This document shows positions 60,674-64,000 of a DNA stretch of 64,000 nt, in pieces. Location: the NCBI RefSeq assembly GCF_009914755.1, contig NC_060947.1. One strand, written 5' to 3'. Source of the stretch: the human T2T-CHM13v2.0 reference genome, Homo sapiens. The translations under genes were made by a program, and so were the position numbers. The notes beneath the pieces are model-generated. The model was not told where the DNA came from. It searched no databases and saw nothing but the letters and a program-made list of their open reading frames with translations. Position 1 is the first letter of the stretch; every line of letters starts with the position of its first letter.

Positions 60674-60768
60674 TGCTATCTGACTAGCAAAGCATGTGTG
60701 GATGTATGTGTGCATGTGTATGTACATGCACACATGTATACACACAGAGACAGACATTCCTCTCTGAT
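60674..60768. repeat. Inverted repeat arm 2 (probable templated insertion)
   Basis: tgctatctgactagcaaag...agacagacattcctctctgat, reverse complement of 59396-59490. Confidence 0.92.
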
Positions 60769-63199
60769 AAATATAATAAATAAAATAAATAACAAATAAA
60801 TAAAAAAAGTCAAGACCAGAAGCAAAATATCCTGGCTGTCAGTCTGGTGCTCCTTCCCAAATTCAGTACCTCTTCTCTAAGACACATTTAGAAACAAGAA
60901 TATCGAATGATAAATAATCAATAAAACCTAGTTATTGAAATTATATCATTATGGAAGTAACTAGTATGTTTCATACAATCAGAAACCATTAAAGGTCGAC
61001 AAAGTTATAATAAACCATATGTTAGACAGTTATAGCTACAAGTAATAATATACACAACTTGTCACTAGCAGACACCAAAATTTGAAAGTGACCTCCATCA
61101 GTGGACACTGAGAAAGTGAAGAATCTGGCAGTTCAAATAGGGCCACATTCTTATTTGTGGGTCTTTATTTTCCTCCAAAAGACTCCATGTCCTCCTCCCC
61201 TAAATTCATTTAGGTCAATTGTGTCACCCCACATCACAGTGTCCAATTTTCATGGATGTGTAAAAATTAACTGGACTGAAGAAAATGCAGAAAGAAAGAG
61301 AAACAGACAAGTTATGCTTCCCAATTATTGTATTCGGTGGTCCTACAGATGTCATAAACAGATTATCTCAACAACTAAAATAAAAATGCTTTACTTCTAC
61401 TATTCTATTCTCTCTACCAGAAAACATTCTGTTATATTCATGACACCTTTAAATATAAATTATCTAAGAGCTATAAGATATCCATATATTCATTCTCAGA
61501 ACAAAACAAAAAAGTGTGAAAATACCAAGGAAACAAAAGTGGATAGTTTTGAGAATTTATCTCCAAAATATTCATTTGGCAATTCCAGAAGTATTCTATC
61601 ACTCCCTCCTCAGTCACTAATCCTACCACCACCCAGATTCATCTGGGAAGAAATACCATATTAGTATTATCTGCACTAGGTAATTATCTGCACTACATCA
61701 ATTATATTATGGCTACACAGCATTTTGTGAGATGACCCAGGAACTTAACTGCCATAAGTTCCAAACAACTGATTCACAGTTGGAAGCTGCATACATTTTG
61801 GCTCAAGAAAGAATCCCTCATGGAGATGTGAGAGAGAGAAATATGAGTGCCAGGCCTACCACGTCAGCCAAATTGGCCTCAGCAATCACTGGGGCAGCAC
61901 ATGTTGTATCCAGAGTGTCTCCATAACTATATTGTTTTCCTTTAATTATGAGCATACAAAATTCAGGCACTGGGATAATGAGAAACAGCAGAAAAATAAG
62001 GGCCTATAACATAGAGTCATGTGCACCGAAATGATGTCACAAATAGATGCAGCACCATCGTGAAGTAATGTCACAACATAGCTAAATAGCACAAAGATAA
62101 TTTAAGCACAGATCTTCTGGAAAGTACACAAATATGGATAACACATATAATAGTGTCCTACACTAGGTATAACAGAGTTATTTTGGTAAGACAATGAGAA
62201 CGATTAAAAAAAAACATGCCCAAACATATGGATTCTTCACAGAGGTAAGCTCACATTTTAGCTTCTATATTTGTGTCATTTATCACAGATCTTAAGATGG
62301 CTCCTGTCCAAGGCATTGTGTATTTAGAGTCAATAACTGTTAAGCTATCTCAGAAAAACATACAGGCTTTTATTATAACCTGAAATTCACAAGAAAATGC
62401 TAGGATTTAAAACATGTATTTCTAATATTGTAGGTTAGAAATCTGAATTTGGGGGTTTCTCTCATCATATATGGACTACCAGGGCTATAAGGAGCTATAG
62501 TTTTAGTGTGGGTAACCCTGTCATTTTTGTCCTGGGCAACTCTTGAAAAAAGTTATGCCAAAATCACAGTTTTTTTGGATGAAACATTTACAACTGGAAA
62601 AAGATCAAAGTCAACACCTTGAATAGAGCCCAGAATCTGATTGGTAACTGATCTGGATATAATTCACGGATGTTACACGCTCTATGCTTTTGGCTCTTCC
62701 ATCTGCTCTGCATCATTCTTATTTTGAATAGCTAGCACTTCAGTCAGTTCATGCTAATCTAATATTCCAAACTGGACACTGGGATCATAGGACCAAATTA
62801 TCTGCCTTAAATGAAAAAGACGAATATATCCAAAGAATACACGACTACATGGCTATATGTGCATATCACTGGGGAAGAAATTGTCTTGGATTTTTAATTT
62901 TTTTTAACAGTTGAATAATTTAAGACATCATATATGTAACATTTTCAATCATGGTATCACAGAGTCTTGCATTAGCATATAGTTTACAGAAATCTAGTCT
63001 ATACTTACCTAACAGTAATTTACACTAACTGTGTCTGAACACAGGGCTAATTCCAAAAATTAAACAACATCATGTTTCTAGACATAAAAGTAAGTAAGAT
63101 ATTATTACTGACTTTTAGGGGACTGGAGGCAAATGTGGGATAAAAAGGTGGAAAACGATAGCACATATATTAGTGCTTATATCATATATGCAAAATAAA

Positions 63200-63910
63200 A
63201 GGTAATTGCTAATGTAGATTGTCAACAAGTCATGGTGGTTCAAAGGAAAATAAAGAACATTATATCAGGCTGGGGAAGGTGAGGTAAAGATAGATTTCAT
63301 GTAAGAGGTTGTACTTAACAGGGTCTTGAATGAGGGCTGATAATGTTAAAGACGTGATAATCATTTATAAGAAAGAACCTTGAAAGTGACAATCTACCTT
63401 AAGGATATAACACAAACATATATACCAATATGAAAATGTTAGCCTACAGTGCATTAGAGATCTGTGGGCATAGTTCATTTCAAATAGAACAGAAAGAAAA
63501 TATCAGGGAGAGTATGGGGCATAAAGACAGAAGCTCAGTTTGACGTCATGCACAAAACATCAAAGCAAGAAAATTTTACATAAAACTATAAGCAATGGGG
63601 AGTCATTAAATTTATGGAATGGAAAGTCAACACTATTAGAACTGCTCTTAAGAAAGAGATTTATTTCCAGAAAATATAATTTACAGGAATATTACATAGA
63701 TAATTATCTAGTGACTATGTAAGAGGCTTTGAAAGATTTTAGGACGTAATGCAGGTTGATGACATTGGTAATGTTTAGGAAGGGAGAAGAGAGAGAAATA
63801 TTAAGTCAGACTCTATGGACTTTGGCAATTGAATTGGAGGCTAAAAACAGAAGTGGAGAGGGATTATGATATGAAGGGACCCATGGGTCACCATCTCTGG
63901 TCTTGGCCCA
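63200..63910 (-). mobile_element. L2 fragment
   Basis: gggtcttgaatga...aatggggagtcatt...atggactttggcaattgaattgga; diverged. Confidence 0.5.
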
Positions 63911-64000
63911 CCATTGTGTACTAAGAGTTACTTCTTCTTATAACAATAATGGTTACTTTTGTTATATATCTCAAATAATTCTGAACTAGATGAAGTTCTT

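Noticed and set aside
61101-61664. Longest ORF (187 aa)
   Set aside because: Non-ATG start, AT-rich random-like composition, no recognisable domain or splice context; consistent with chance.

Overview
Human (primate) non-coding genomic DNA: AT-rich, CpG-poor, intronic or intergenic, and dominated by interspersed repeats. A human-specific AluYb8 at 40388-40693 points to a human source. No protein-coding gene, RNA gene or prokaryotic system is supported, and the ORF track is explained by Alu, L1 and LTR remnants plus chance ORFs. The window holds about 8 Alu/FLAM elements, many L1s (L1ME/MC/MA/PB/PA ages), L2, MIR, CR1/L3, MLT2 solo LTRs and hAT MITEs (MER58B, MER113, MER5, MER20). The most interesting signals are structural. 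(1) In 30.5-43.6 kb, L1 fragments are out of order but can be re-joined, some to within a base or two, implying a multi-fragment shuffle. (2) Two inverted L1PA 3' ends about 3.6 kb apart are homogenised to about 96% with a 174-bp identical core, suggesting gene conversion or recurrent inversion. (3) There are two locally templated insertions (5127-5240 direct, 60674-60768 inverted). (4) There is a textbook twin-primed L1PA5. A few repeat-free islands carry candidate regulatory motifs (CTCF, HNF4, E-box/palindrome cluster). Subfamily names come from recalled consensus sequences, not from a search, and boundaries of old repeats are approximate.
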